Position numbers and translations under genes: made by a program
In this document: positions 34,150-47,081 of the stretch, one piece after another
Position numbering within the stretch: position 1 is the first letter of the stretch
How the letters are laid out: each line of letters begins with the position of its first letter
Source: Macrostomum lignano
Lineage: Eukaryota
NCBI GenBank assembly: GCA_002269645.1
Contig: NIVC01001521.1
Span: 210,702 to 274,701 of the forward strand
Length of the DNA: 64,000 bases
Direction: 5' to 3'
The notes under the pieces: generated by a model
What the model saw: the letters and a program-made list of their open reading frames with translations, nothing else
Database searches by the model: none
What the model was told of the DNA's origin: nothing

Positions 34150-34950
34150 CTCACTCTCGGGAAGGATTGGTCACTGTGGGGAATTGATTTGTCACTCTGG
34201 TAAGGGATTGGTCACTCTGGGGAATTGATTTGTCACTCTTGGAAGGGATTGGTCACTCTGGGAAATTGATTTGTCACTCTTGGAAGGGATTGGTCACTCT
34301 GGGAAATTGATTTGTCACTCTGGTAAGGGATTGGTCACTCTGGGGAATTGATTTGTCACTCTTGGAAGGGATTGGTCACTCTGGGAAATTGATTTGTCAC
34401 TCTTGGAAGGGATTGGTCACTCTGGGAATTGATTTGTCACTCTGGGGAAGAGATTGGTCACTCTGGGGAATTGATTTGTCACTCTGGTAAGGGATTGGTC
34501 ACTCTGGGGAATTGATTTGTCACTCTGGTAAGGGATTGGTCACTCTGGGGAATTGATTTGTCACTCTGGTAAGGGATTGGTCACTCTGGGGAATTGATTT
34601 GTCACTCTGGTAAGGGATTGGTCACTCTGGGGAATTGATTTGTCACTCTGGTAAGGGATTGGTCACTCTGGGGAATTGATTTGTCACTCTGGTAAGGGAT
34701 TGGTCACTGGGGAATTGATTTGTCACTCTGAGAAGGGATTGGTCACTGGGGAATTGATTTGTCACTCTGGTAAGGGATTGGTCACTCTGGCGATGGATTG
34801 GCCACTCTGGGGAATTGATTTGTCACTCTAAGAAAGGGATGCGTCACTCTGAGAAGGGATGCCTCACTCTGAGAAGGGATGTGTCACTCTGAGAAGGGAT
34901 GCCTCACTCTGAGAAGGGATGTGTCACTCTGAGAAGGGATGTGTCACTGT
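34150..34950. repeat. 41-bp dimeric tandem array
   Basis: Unit ggattggtcactctggggaattgatttgtcactctggtaag has two gtcactct subunits and degrades to about 21-bp monomers at the right end. Confidence 0.94.
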
Positions 34951-35347
34951 GGTAAGGGATTTGAAGAGTGACGAATAAAAAATTACGTTGTTGATTTTGA
35001 TAGTGACAGACGTACGGTTAGGACGCGTCTAGGTTATCAAAAGTACATTGCTTGTACTTTTGGATTGGGGGCGGATACATTGCATCGAGGGGGGGGGGGA
35101 TTGGGTGCGGATACATTTGCATCGTGGGGGGAAGGCAGATGGGTAGATGCATGTAAATAATATTGCAGTGCACATATAAATCTAGAATAATACGCTACCT
35201 TGATATTTATTGCCTATATGTTACATGTATATTTAAACTAGAAAACTATTGGCCACGGGTCAGCAAACTCTGCATGCCCGCAAAGCCTCTATTCGGGCCT
35301 CGGGTCCTTGAAAATTTCACAAAAGCAATCCCGCCCGCTCAGGCTTG

Positions 35348-36083
35348 TCCCCTCTCTCCTTTCTTCTCTCTTCTCTCCTCTCTCCTTTCCTCTCCCTTCT
35401 CTCCTCTCCTCTTTCCCTTCCCTTCTCTCCTCTCTCCTTTCCCCTCCCTTCTCTCCTCTCTCCTTTCCTCTCCCTTCTCTCCTCTCTCCTTTCCCCTCCC
35501 TTCTCTCCTCTCTCCTTTCCTCTCCCTTCTCTCCTCTCTCCTTTCCTCTCCCTTCTCTTCTCTCTCCTTTCCTCTCCCTTCTCTCCTCTCTCCTTTCTTC
35601 TCTCTTCTCTCCTCTCTCCTTTCCTCTCCCTTCTCTCCTCTCCTCTTTCCCTTCCCTTCTCTCCTCTCTCCTTTCCCCTCCCTTCTCTCCTCTCTCCTTT
35701 CCCCTCCCTTTTCTCCTCTCTCCTTTCTTCTCCCTTCTCTCCTCTCTCCTTTCCTCTCCCTTCTCTCCTCTCTCCTTTCCTCTCCCTTCTCTCCTCTCTC
35801 CTTTCCTCTCCCTTCTCTCCTCTCTCCTTTCCTCTCCCTTCTCTCCTCTCTCCTTTCTTCTCTCTTCTCTCCTCTCTCCTTTCCTCTCCCTTCTCTCCTC
35901 TCCTCTTTCCCTTCCCTTCTCTCCTCTCTCCTTTCCCCTCCCTTCTCTCCTCTCTCCTTTCCCCTCCCTTTTCTCCTCTCTCCTTTCTTCTCCCTTCTCT
36001 CCTCTCTCCTTTCCTCTCCCTTCTCTCCTCTCTCCTTTCCTCTCCCTTCTCTCCTCTCTCCTTTCCTCTCCCTTCTCTCCTCT
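35348..36083. repeat. Polypyrimidine (CT) minisatellite, about 26-bp period
   Basis: Unit cttctctcctctctcctttcctctcc, preceded by a hAT-MITE-like end at 35254-35268. Confidence 0.93.
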
Positions 36084-37738
36084 CTGTGCTATAGGTGCTG
36101 TCTTGAAAAACGTTATTAATTGCTACTATACTTTGCATTAGGTGCTAATACCGTAGCAGTTGCTGCTTCATAAAATTAGATAGAAAAAAAGAAACATCCA
36201 TTGGTAAAGCTAAGAGAATGAATTGTGTGCCCACAACGATGCTACCTATCAAAACTCAAAATGAATTTGTATAGCGCGTCTACCGCTAGACTTCTCCGGC
36301 TTCTTATTCTCCGTTCTTACTCTTATTAGGTACCGTAGACCGCCTCAATGCAGAAACTCTGTCAGCTATTGTAGACCCACAATTTATAGCTTGAAAACAC
36401 ATTTCACGCATTATAGCATAGTAGCTTCATTTTTCACGTTTTTTTGCGCAGGGTCTACTCTGTCAAACAATTTACGAGAGGGCCGTCTTTAGCCGCGATG
36501 ACAGCCAAAAACTTATTTTCAGAAAGAAAGAAACGGAACTTGCATAGAGACAGCAGCTATAGAGATGAGAGGGTCCCTCAAAACTAGACGTATAAACCTC
36601 ATTCATATATAGAAATATAGTCGAAGTGAATATAGTTAGAATGCTTTATAGACGCCAAGAAGTGATGGGGCCGGTTGTGCAGTGTGGGTATTGTGCCAGC
36701 TCAACTAAACAAACTATAGATAAGTAGCTAATTGCCATGCCCCAGCTCAACTCAACTCTCTGCCTGGCAGTTTCAAACTGCCAATGGTGTATAAATAAAA
36801 ACTTACAGCCAGGTGCAAATTGGGCTGCCGCCAGTGTATATTGCGCTCAAATCTTTGCACGCCAGACACTCTAAAGGGAACTTCCGAAATCAACGTTTTT
36901 TCAGTGAGTAATAAATTTGTTAATTTATAAATTACCGTTAACATTCTGAATTTTCACAGTTTTTATAGTAGCTACGAGCGCTACTTGTACGTACGTTTTT
37001 AGTCAATTATATCAATTAAAGAAAATACATTAGTAATTTCACGGTTGAATCAGTGCGTAACAGTCCCATTGTAGGTACCTGTGCAAGTACAGTATATTTA
37101 AAGGCCCGAATTTTAGCTAAAAACTGAAGTACACTGTATTACGTATCAGACTTTTTTTGCGAAGTGCAGACCCATTCTACAGATTGAATTTTAAGCAAAA
37201 TTGGGCCCTAGATGTTTTTGTAGATAACGCGAATGTTACAATGTACGTCCTGATATTACATGCAACTGTTAATTTATTGGTCTTTGTGATTGAAACTACG
37301 ACGATTCATACTTACTCGTAAATGTCAACTTTCAACTGCCGTTGTTGTCTTTTTGCTAGAAATGTACCTGCATGCATGCTTACTATTAGTGTAGTTATTG
37401 ATTAATCAGGAATAAAATACTAATAATACTGTAATTATCTAGGCATTAAGCATTACTTTTATTTATGATATTTTTATCGCATTATTCTTATATATTGCTA
37501 CTAATTAGTAGAGTACCAAGTAAAAATTAATAAAAATTACGCTAGGCCTCAGATAGCTTAGTTGTTAGTAGTCACTATAGCGAACTTGTGATTTTAACTA
37601 CCTACATACAATATAAAATGTTTGAAACTTCGACGGTGAATTTTTTATGAAATTTACCAAGCTCATGTTTTTCTTAACAAGTTTCGATAATGGTAAAATA
37701 TATATATACTAAAAATGAAACCAATTATTCATTTTTAG

Positions 37739-37819
37739 AAAGATTCAACGCCTAAAACTGGTTACCATACAATAAGCTCAGTTTTCGTCTGGGCTTTGAA
37801 GCCTGCTGAGGCGGCAAAG
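37739..37819 (+). other. Probable 5' UTR exon of the TRP channel gene
   Basis: ttttag|AAAG...GGCAAAG|gtgagt. A homologous exon with both splice sites conserved lies at 62253-62330. Confidence 0.5.
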
Positions 37820-38669
37820 GTGAGTCGATCAATACAGCAATAAATTTCCTGTTTACCTATAAATGGCAGTAAAATTCCACTTGTTTTAGCTAGTAATGAA
37901 ATCCCAAAGTTTTTTATGGGAATGAAAATAAAAATAATATAATTGATTACATCTGCCTTCATGACCATTTGTGTAACCGATACCATCTAAAGGCTGCGTA
38001 CGGCAGTTCAGTCCAAGAACTAGGGGAGGGGGCGCCACAACACCTTCAATTACCCCAGCTAATGCTGGCACCCATTTTACAGCTGCATGGGTGAACAGAA
38101 GCAATCCAGAATTGATATAAGTGTCTTGTTCAAGGACACAATTTTTTTCAATTATGGTCGTGAAGCTATAGCTACTGATGTGTACTTTTGTTTTGATTGC
38201 AAAGATTGCTTTGAAAAGTTTTAATGCTCCCACTTTTCAAAACAGAATTATAATTAGGCCATAGCGGAACAAAAACCGTTATAAATTATATAATTCTTTT
38301 TCAAAACTTTTGTCTTCATAAGATAAGTTCAACTATGTAAAATCGTTGGAAATTTGCACACTTTTAAATTTTTAAACTACCGTGTCCTATAAGTCGATTG
38401 TACTTGTTTTAAACTCGATAAAACAATATTTCTGTCACAAACAGCCGAGTTGTACGAGCTCTGGAACATTTCTAGAAAAGGATGGCTTTTTACGGGACAG
38501 TTTTTTAACTACTAGTAGCATTACAAAAAATTATTTATTGTACAAGGCATGAAACTTTGCGTAATCACTTGTTAAATACGAGACGTAACTGTTAACCAGT
38601 TTTGTAAAAAGTCTCCAACACTTATTTGCAGATCCTACCTGTCAATCAGCAGCACTAAAGCCTCTTTCG

Positions 38670-41600
38670 ATGGCGGACGATTCTAAAGATAAAAAGAAAT
38701 CTAAAAGGCCTTTGAAAAGGACCATTAGTACTTGGGGAATAAATCCGATTCGAGATCCAAACAAGGAGCTGCTTGAATCTGAAAATAAAGATGAATTCGC
38801 CAATGCCGTAGCTATTTTAAAAAGGACTCCAAATAATCTGGAGCTGCTATCTGACGACAATGGCAAAACAGCCGCTCATTATGCAGCCATGGAGAACGAT
38901 GGAGAAACTCAACTCGCTGAACTCATCCAGATATTCGGAACAGACTGCCTCACAAGTCCTGATATTATCGAAATCACTCCGCTGCATCTGTCAGCGCGCT
39001 ATCACTCAGCTCAGTCTTGGGAACAGAACTTCAATGCTGTGAAAACGGTCAACCTATTTAGGTTAAGAGACGCTAACGGAGACACTTGCGCTCACTGGGC
39101 AGCTCAAAACTCTAAAGACTACAAAATGATGCTTACAGTAAAAAAATAGCTTCAACAGCTTGCTTGAAATGGAAAAACAATAGAAATGAAACAGTATTGC
39201 ACCGTGTGTTTCAGTATTGCAAAAATGATGTTATTGAGGAGATCATGAAAGAAATTGGTAATTTAAAAGACATACTTGGCGAGGAAGATATGCAAGGCAA
39301 TACCATGGCTCATTTTGCTGCTAAAAATTCTAGCATTTTGCTGCTAGAAATCGATGCCATTAAATCCGTGCAACAGATAAAGGCTCCAACACAGAGCGAA
39401 TATCATTGGTTAAAATCTAAAAACAAGCTGGGAGAAACGGTTCTACACTTGGCCCTTCAGCACAACAACGAGGAAGTAGCAACCGAACTTATTGAAAAAT
39501 TAAACGAACAAAAACTGCCAAATTGGTACAAACTGAAAGACGAGCAGGGCAACACATGTCTGCATGCGGCGGCTCAGCACCCTGAAAGAGACGCTGTACT
39601 TCTGAAAGCTGTTAAAGCCGCCATTTGTCAGCGCGACAAAGGTCTGACTGCTAACCCACCTGAGAGCCAGAGTCCACCGACTGAACTGGACTTTCTCATG
39701 GATGAGAACAAGCAAAAATCCACCGTTCTTCACTACGCTGTTGAAAATTGCAGATTGGAAACTGTTCGAGAGCTGCTTAACATGATCAAAGAAGGCCAAA
39801 GCCTTCAGATTGCCGACAAAGAGGGCAATACAATCTTCCACATCGCTGCACAAAGAACAGATAAAAGTGAACTTTTAGAGACGATGTTATTTCGTGAAGG
39901 AGTTGACATAAAGAAAGCTTTAAACAAACGAAATAACAAAAACCAATCGGTGCTTCATCTGGCAATCGACGTCACTGAAGAGACTTCTTCAGTGAAACTG
40001 AACATTAAGAACATTATCAAAGAGATGACAAAGGAGGATCTCAGCCGCACAGACATAGAAGGAAATACTTTGCTACATTCGCTGATGCAGAGCAAATTAA
40101 CATATGACGGTTTTGAGCAGCACATTTTGGATCGATTCACGCTGCTCGTCAGCGAGGGAGTGGATGTGGAAGCCACCAACAATCTCAGTCTAAACTGCCT
40201 GCACGCAACAAAGCTGGATGCTCTTGTGCTCTGCAAGCTGCTAGATAAAGTTCATTCGGACAAAACTGCCAGGAGTTACTTCGATAAACTCTTGGTCAAT
40301 TCAAAGACTGGTGCTCACATAATTCACACATTTTCAGGTCAGTACAAGCTAGATCAGCCTATGTTAAAAAGTATCGAAAATATATCGGAAAGTACTACAA
40401 ACAGCCTGCTTAAAAAAAAAGTCCAGTTACAATCTTGCAAGAACTCGCATCACGGAGAGACCTGCTTGCACTTTGCCTGTGCTTACGGACATCAGGAAAA
40501 TATAATTTTCTTGCTTGAAAAAGGATTGAGTCTCTGGAGCAAATCGCATTCAGGACAGACATGCGTTGACTATGCCATTGAAAGCGGAAACTTTTTTGAC
40601 TTCCGTCAGGCTATGAAGAAATACAACAAGAAACCGAATGAAGATTCAAGCTCTGATACATGTACGTCTCAAAATAAAAAGAATAACGAAGCAGGCTCCG
40701 GGATGTTACCAAATGTTCAGAAACAAATTAAAATGACGGACGTATGGCGCCTTCTGGATCCGCCAAGAAGAGCGCTTAAACTTCCCAACAGGTCAGCAGC
40801 GCGAATGACTCTGGTGTCCATAACCAATCACTACAGTACAAACCAGCAAAAAAAAGACAAGATAGTTCTGACTAAAACGCTGGAATGGAACTCCAAAAAA
40901 CTGTTTCGTGCGGCACTCAGCCTGGAAATCATCACGAGAGAAACCGAGAGGCAATTTACGCAGTATTTCATCGACACAGTAACGAACAACGAAGAATTCC
41001 AGAGAGCTTTTCCCAGACTGAACACGTTCAAGCACCTGACTCATGTGGATTCCACTTCTGAGTTGGCGCTTCTAGACTTGGCCACATTCTTTCATCGTGA
41101 TGAGATCCTGCCTGACCTGATTCTGACTCGACAGTTCGAGCTGATTCCGTGCTGCCTCAGCTTGCTCATCCAGTTGGAACCCGAGATCATCAAGATGAGA
41201 GCCAAGGCAAAGGGCAAGCATGAGCAGCTGCTTCAAGTGAAAAGCAAGATCACGAACATTGCAGTAAACGCACTCAATGAGCTATTTCTTAACGCTAACA
41301 TCATCGAGTTCCAGCTGCTGTCAAAGTACATCAAAGGTGAAATGAAGCATAAAGAAAATTTGGCTTTAAATAGCGAAGCAGCAGCAATGAAGAAAAATCG
41401 CGACTGCTTGGGACCGAAGTTTCCGTACCGAGACTTTAAAGAAGGGAAAATTCAATACGGAAGCGTGCTAGAACTGGTGAAAAAAGCTGACAACCCGGAT
41501 CTGTATGCCACCGACTGCATCTACTCAGTTATCAAAGAAGAGTGGAGGAAGCCCATTTCAGACTGCTCAAAACGAGGTTTATCCGGAAGCTGTCTTCCGT

Positions 41601-43293
41601 GCGACTGCTGCCACAGCGCTTGCAGCTGCAGGCCAAAAATTTCGAGACCGGATTCTCCACTGGCAAGGTTTTGGACCCACTTTGTCGCATTCATAGGGTT
41701 CCTCGTATTCTTTGGTTGGTACGTTATAAATTTCGAGGAAAGTTTCTTAGAACCAAAGTGGGACACTCTTCTTGTTGCCTATCTTTTTTCCTTTGGCTTG
41801 CAAGAAGCGAGTGAAATCTGGAGACTACGAAAAGCTAGAGAGAACTGCAAGATCGGTTCTCATGTACGATCTGTTCCCGCCTACATTGTTGACGGACTCA
41901 ACATTTTCGATGCTCTGGCGATTCTGCTTCTGCTCACCGGCCTTGTTGCAAGATGGTTATATTATGGGATGGGCTTTCAGCTGCAGGATGCTTATCCCAG
42001 TCAAGTTGTCCTGTGCGTGTCGTACTCACTGTTCTGCTTTCGATCTGTCACGTTCCTGACGTATTTCGAGACAATTGGGCCAATGATTAACATGCTTTGG
42101 AATCTAATTGTATACGACTTGTTGCCTTTCCTGGTGGTCTTGTTCGTGATTTTCTGCTGTTTTGGAGTATTCTTTGTGTGCCTGCTGTTTTCTAACGCTT
42201 GGACTCCTACAGAAGAAATCGCTACTCTAAGCAATGGATGGGAAACGTTTATTCAAGCTGCCACGCTACCTTTCAACTTGCTGTTCGGCAACTTCGATCA
42301 GATCGGGTTGAGCTACTCTCCAGATAGCACGGAGCTAGGAAAAGTCGCCATCAAGCAAGGCTATGAATGGTTTAACTATTTCGTAATATTCTTATTCATG
42401 GGCCTGGTGAATGTTGTGATGATGAACTTGCTGATTGCATTGTTTAATTTGCGAGTCACACAAATTTATGGCGTGGCGATCGGCGTCTGGAGAAAGCGGT
42501 TTTTCCAGATGTTAGATGAGTATCAGGAGCTGACTCAATTTCCACCGCCATTGAGTTTTCTGGAGTACATTTACAATTTCCTAATGAAAAAGTTTTGCCC
42601 GAAAAATGCAGTCACTGATGACGTAAGTGGCTTTTCGAAATCTGTTTGTTGTAAGTCATATATTTTGTATGTGCGTCGTTATTACGCTCGTATAAAATGG
42701 GATCAAAGCTGAATGCAGATTTTGGACCACTAATTCGATTTTTAGCTGCCATCAGCTCTATTTCTGTGGGTAAACGTGATTTGTTAAATAACATATATAC
42801 TATTATGAAAAAAATTGTATTTCAGAAAGCCTCTAGGTGGCCGAACGACACGGAGGACTACCCTGAAGAGTACAACCGGTTCCTAAAGTTCCAGGCGATA
42901 CAGTTCCGCCGGTGCCGGTCCCGCCTGCTGCTCGACACCGAGTGGAACAGAAACGACTTCGACGTGGTGAAGGCGCACACGGGCAAAGAATTGTCGGAGT
43001 TGAAAGCGGAATTACAAGAGATGCTGGACGATGCGAATACTCAAGGCCAAGGAAAGGTAAGCTATCGCGGGCTCCAAAAGGAGACGCAAGTATATGAAGA
43101 AAATGTATCTGTGGAACCGAATCTGCCTTCGAAAAAGCAGCAAGAGACGAACAGCAGTGAGACTGTGTTTACAGAGCTGAAGCAACAATACCAAAAAATT
43201 GAAGATAGAATGAATCGACAGGAGCAACGAAGTTCAAACATTGAATCCAAGCTGGACCAGCTTTTGAAACTTTCTAAGCCGCAAAAAAAATAA
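38670..43293 (+). CDS. Ankyrin-repeat TRP cation channel (TRPA/TRPN-like N-terminus, TRPM-like S1-S6 and TRP helix); exons 38670-42622 (frameshift at the A7 run 39140-39146) and 42826-43293
   Basis: Many ankyrin repeats (GKTAAHYAA, GNTMAHFAA, GETVLHLAL, GETCLHFAC) and six TM segments. Channel motifs IGPMINMLWNLIVYDLLPFL, PFNLLFGNFD, MNLLIALFN and WRKRFFQMLDEYQELTQFPPPL. Phase-0 intron GAC|gtaagt...ttcag|AAA and a coiled-coil tail. Confidence 0.9.
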
Positions 43294-43567
43294 ACATATA
43301 ATTGAAGATGGTGGAGTAATTTATGACTATCAATTTATAAAACATTTTCACTAACCTACTAACATTTTGAAGATTTTTTCAAGCAGTAAGTTGCCTTAAC
43401 TTTTAAAATAAAATACGAGCGCAATTTTAAAAACGTGGTGAGCATCTGCAAAATTTGATACGAGTACACTAAAATATTCTGGCAAAGTAAGTGCGAAATG
43501 AAAAGCCGAAACGAACATTACGAGTATACCGTAGTCTTCCAGTCTTACTTAAATAATTTTAGATATA

Positions 43568-44427
43568 CGAAGGTGTCCCAAGAATAGTGGGAAAATTGAT
43601 TCGCAGACTGAATGTAAAATCAGAATTTAATGGACCAAGCGTCACTGAATAGATAATCTATTCTACCGTTTTATTGCTTCTTTAATTTCGACAAAATGTT
43701 ATTTCCTTCTAAAGATATGGCTGAAAGTAGAACAAGGGTTAGGGGGTAGAGTTACACTAAGTCAAGCCCAGAAAAGTCGGTCTCGCAGCATCGCCATCGC
43801 CATCGATTGAAGATGTTTCGACGAAGTCAACCCTCAGCTTGCAGCACTTGGTCCATCGCGTGAAGAATGCATGCATTGATGGCATCTGCATAAGCTCGAC
43901 GCGGAATCTCGTGCATCAGAACTCGCCGGACTTCTCCCTCCAAGTTGTCGCGATGGTCGAAGATGCGCCCACGCAGGTGCTTCTTCAGCAGAGGAAAAAT
44001 TCGATGAATTGAGGTTTTGGTCTGCCCAGTCTTTTCCATGCGAACACCTCTTGATTCTGTTAGTATCAGTGCTGTTTCTTCTGTCGTCAAATCTGCTTCT
44101 GATTCTTCTTCTGATTCTTCTGCTCATGCCTCTGTTCTTCTTCTGCTGCTTCTGCTTCTGAGCAGATGCTTCTGCTCTTTTTTCTTCTGTTGCAAAAGTT
44201 CTGTCTATGGTTGAACTAGTGGGCTTGACTTGGTGTGACTCTGCTCCCTAGCCCCTGCTCTACTTTCAGCCATATCTTTAGAAGGAAAAAACATTTTGTC
44301 GAAATTCAAAAAGCAATAAAACAGTAGAATAGATTATCTAGCTATTCAGTGACGCTTGGTTCATTAAATTCTGATTTCGCATTTAGTCTGTGGATCAATT
44401 TTTTCCACTATTTTTGGGACACCCTTG
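43568..44427 (-). mobile_element. Tc1/mariner element, internally deleted, long TIRs
   Basis: About 210-bp imperfect inverted repeats starting CGAAGGTGTCCC / CAAGGGTGTCCC with TA duplication. Transposase C-terminal relic IFPLLKKHLRGRIF...RWTKC...DFVE at about 43805-43990. Confidence 0.88.
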
Positions 44428-45818
44428 TATCTTAATTTGCCTTCTATCATAGTAGGATTAGCATATGTACACTTATTGCGTTTGTTTTTCGTCAAAAAGA
44501 CGCTTTAAATCTCTAAAACTTTTCTAAACTCACGCAATCTATTTTACTATAATCCACCTATACTAAATGTCTTATTATATAATATGTTTAATCAAAACCA
44601 ACAATAGTTTTGATTGTTAGTTTTAATCAATTTAGATTAATTTAAATTTAATGTCAATGTGTCAAATGAGCATGCGCATGATGATATCTAAAATAGCTAT
44701 AAATAATATTATGTTTGCTGTGGTTTCTAATTTTTTTACACATTTATTTCTATTGTGATATTATGTGAGCGTTTCATGAATGTCAACCGTACTCAGAACC
44801 ACTAACGGTAGGGGTAAATCATGTAGCTTGGTATCAATATATATACGCTTCCTGTGATCACATGAAGTTTTGGCACTATGAGCCTTAGGAATTAACCACA
44901 TATTTTAAATTACAATATATTAGTTTTGGAACTTGATAATTGTAGACTCTATTACTTATACGAGTATAATTTTCTAAATAACAGCTGGTACTGTTCCGTA
45001 GTTTTCCATTTTAAAAATAGTTTTCGCAGCAGTTTGAAGCTTTAGAGATAGCTACAGATGTTAAATTATTCCTTTAAATATACGAAAAATTTCTAATCAG
45101 TTTTTCAGAGTCAATCAGTTTTTATTTGTTTATTTTGGCATGCGGCAACCAACAGGTAAGTTAACTTACGTTAAGTTAAGTTAAGTTAGCAACCAACTGG
45201 TAGAATGTATGCTTGGCCTAATTCTGCTGCAAATTATTATCAAAAAGCTACTTAGCAGTTGATTTCGAAAGGAAAACGAAAAGGAAAAGGACTGATGTAG
45301 ACACGCATACCATGTACTCGTTATAAGGTTTCGCCGAATTTGTACAAAAGGTAGCTTACGTGTAGCATTGACGTCTGCTAACGTTGCATAGAGACCGGAT
45401 AGTCATGGGACACTTCGGGATCCTGGAACCATGGAAAATGCTAGAGGGTATAGTGAGCTAACATTGATGAAAGCAAATACCATATTGCGAATCAATAGAG
45501 CTCACAAAAGAACTGTGCGCTGTGATGGAGAGAGGATATCTGCATTGAAGCCGTCACCAACAAACAACGGAAGAAAGTAGTAAGCATGTTTGGTTCATGT
45601 TGTGTCGAAGTGGGTCCGAATAGGTTTGTCAGGTTTGACAGATAAAAGTGCATACGATTGTATAGTTGAATCCGGCTCGTAGCCGTAAGAAAATGCGCAG
45701 TCTTGCTTTTAGAAAGTATCAGAATTAGTGAACTGCAAGCGTCAAAATAAAATAGCTTGCATTCAATACCATGGACATCACACCCCTCCCTTTCCTGAAT
45801 TGTAACGTGTTGGCATTT

Positions 45819-47081
45819 TTAACAATGCTCTGTTACGGAGATTGTAACCAGGTGCAGGTCGCTGGTCGGTTTCAAACTTCTCTGGTAGTTGACCGAAATT
45901 TCTACCAGCCTTTTCTGTAAACTGTGAAGCATCTTGTTTTGTCTCAGCAGAACTTTAGAATCATTCCATATCAGCTTTGGCTCAATAGTCTCTTGTAGTC
46001 GTTGTCCTGTCTTCAGAAGCTGATCCGCGTGACGTTTCCAAAGTAAATCACCAACTCGAACAGAGTAAGTCAACGGGGCTGTGCGTCTCAGAATAGTTCC
46101 AAGAGCCCATCTGTCTTTTCCTCCTCGTAAATCCTGAACCAGAACTCTCTCTCCAACGAAAAAGTCCACTGACGCCGTTCGTTTAGTGTCATGTCGCTCT
46201 TTTTGTTTGTCTTGGGCGCACAAGACCTTTGATTCCGCATCGGGAAAGAGCAACGACAGTTTTGTTCTCAGATTTCTACCAAAAAGAAGTTCCGATGGAG
46301 TCTTTCCAGTTGTGCTGTGAGGTGTAGCTCTGGCCCGGAACATGAAGTTTGCTAGCTGCTTTAGTATGTCGATCGCCTTCGCCTGATGCTTTTAAAGCCT
46401 TTTTTACTTGCTTTACCATATTTTCAGCCAATCCATTTGACATTGGGTGAGCAGGACTACTCAAAGAGTGTCGAATACCATTTTGTCTTTAAAAATCCTT
46501 AAATTTATATGACGTGAATAAAGAACCATTGTCAGAATGAAGCACTCGTGGTAAACCAAATCTTGCAAATATTTCTCTCAATGATCGAATCGTGCTTTCA
46601 GATGTTGCATTTTTCAGGGTATCACCTCCGCAAACTTACTAGTCGCATCAACAACAACTAAAAACATCCACGACCTGAATGGTCCCATATAGTCTACATG
46701 AATTCTTGTCCAAGGAGTAGTTGGCCACGAAAATGGACTGAGAGGTGCTTCCGGTGGATTTGAACGCTGTAGTCGGCACCCTCGGCAGTTGCTCACACTG
46801 TCTTCAATGTCCCTGTCTATCTGTGGCCACCAGCAGTACATCCTGGCCCTTGACTTGGTAAGAACCATACCTGGATGACCTTCATGAAACTCTTCAAGAA
46901 CCAAACGCTGCAAAACTTGTGGAACAATTACTCGCATTCCTAGCAACAGTGCACCTGACTCTATGCCAAGCTCATGTCTCTTTTCATAGTACGGCCTCAA
47001 ACTAGCTTCGATTTCAGTGGCGGAATCTGGCCATCCTTGCCTGGATAAAATCAGTACTTTCTTGAGAATTTGGTCCTTCAA
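45819..47081 (-). pseudogene. Gypsy integrase
   Basis: HHCC zinc finger (HEGHPG...CRGC), PWTRIHVDYMGP, HPMSNGLAE and a GPY/F-like tail. Confidence 0.92.

Noticed and set aside
362-34950. Regular short repeats as possible CRISPR arrays
   Set aside because: Units are contiguous without unique spacers, there are no cas genes, and the context is eukaryotic.
35163-36141. L/S/P-rich and E/R/G-rich ORFs (also 12989..13483 and 59570..60518)
   Set aside because: CT/GA low-complexity artefacts.
42623-42825. Tail of ORF 39164..42712 and head of ORF 42697..43293
   Set aside because: Both lie in a GT-AG phase-0 intron of the TRP gene.
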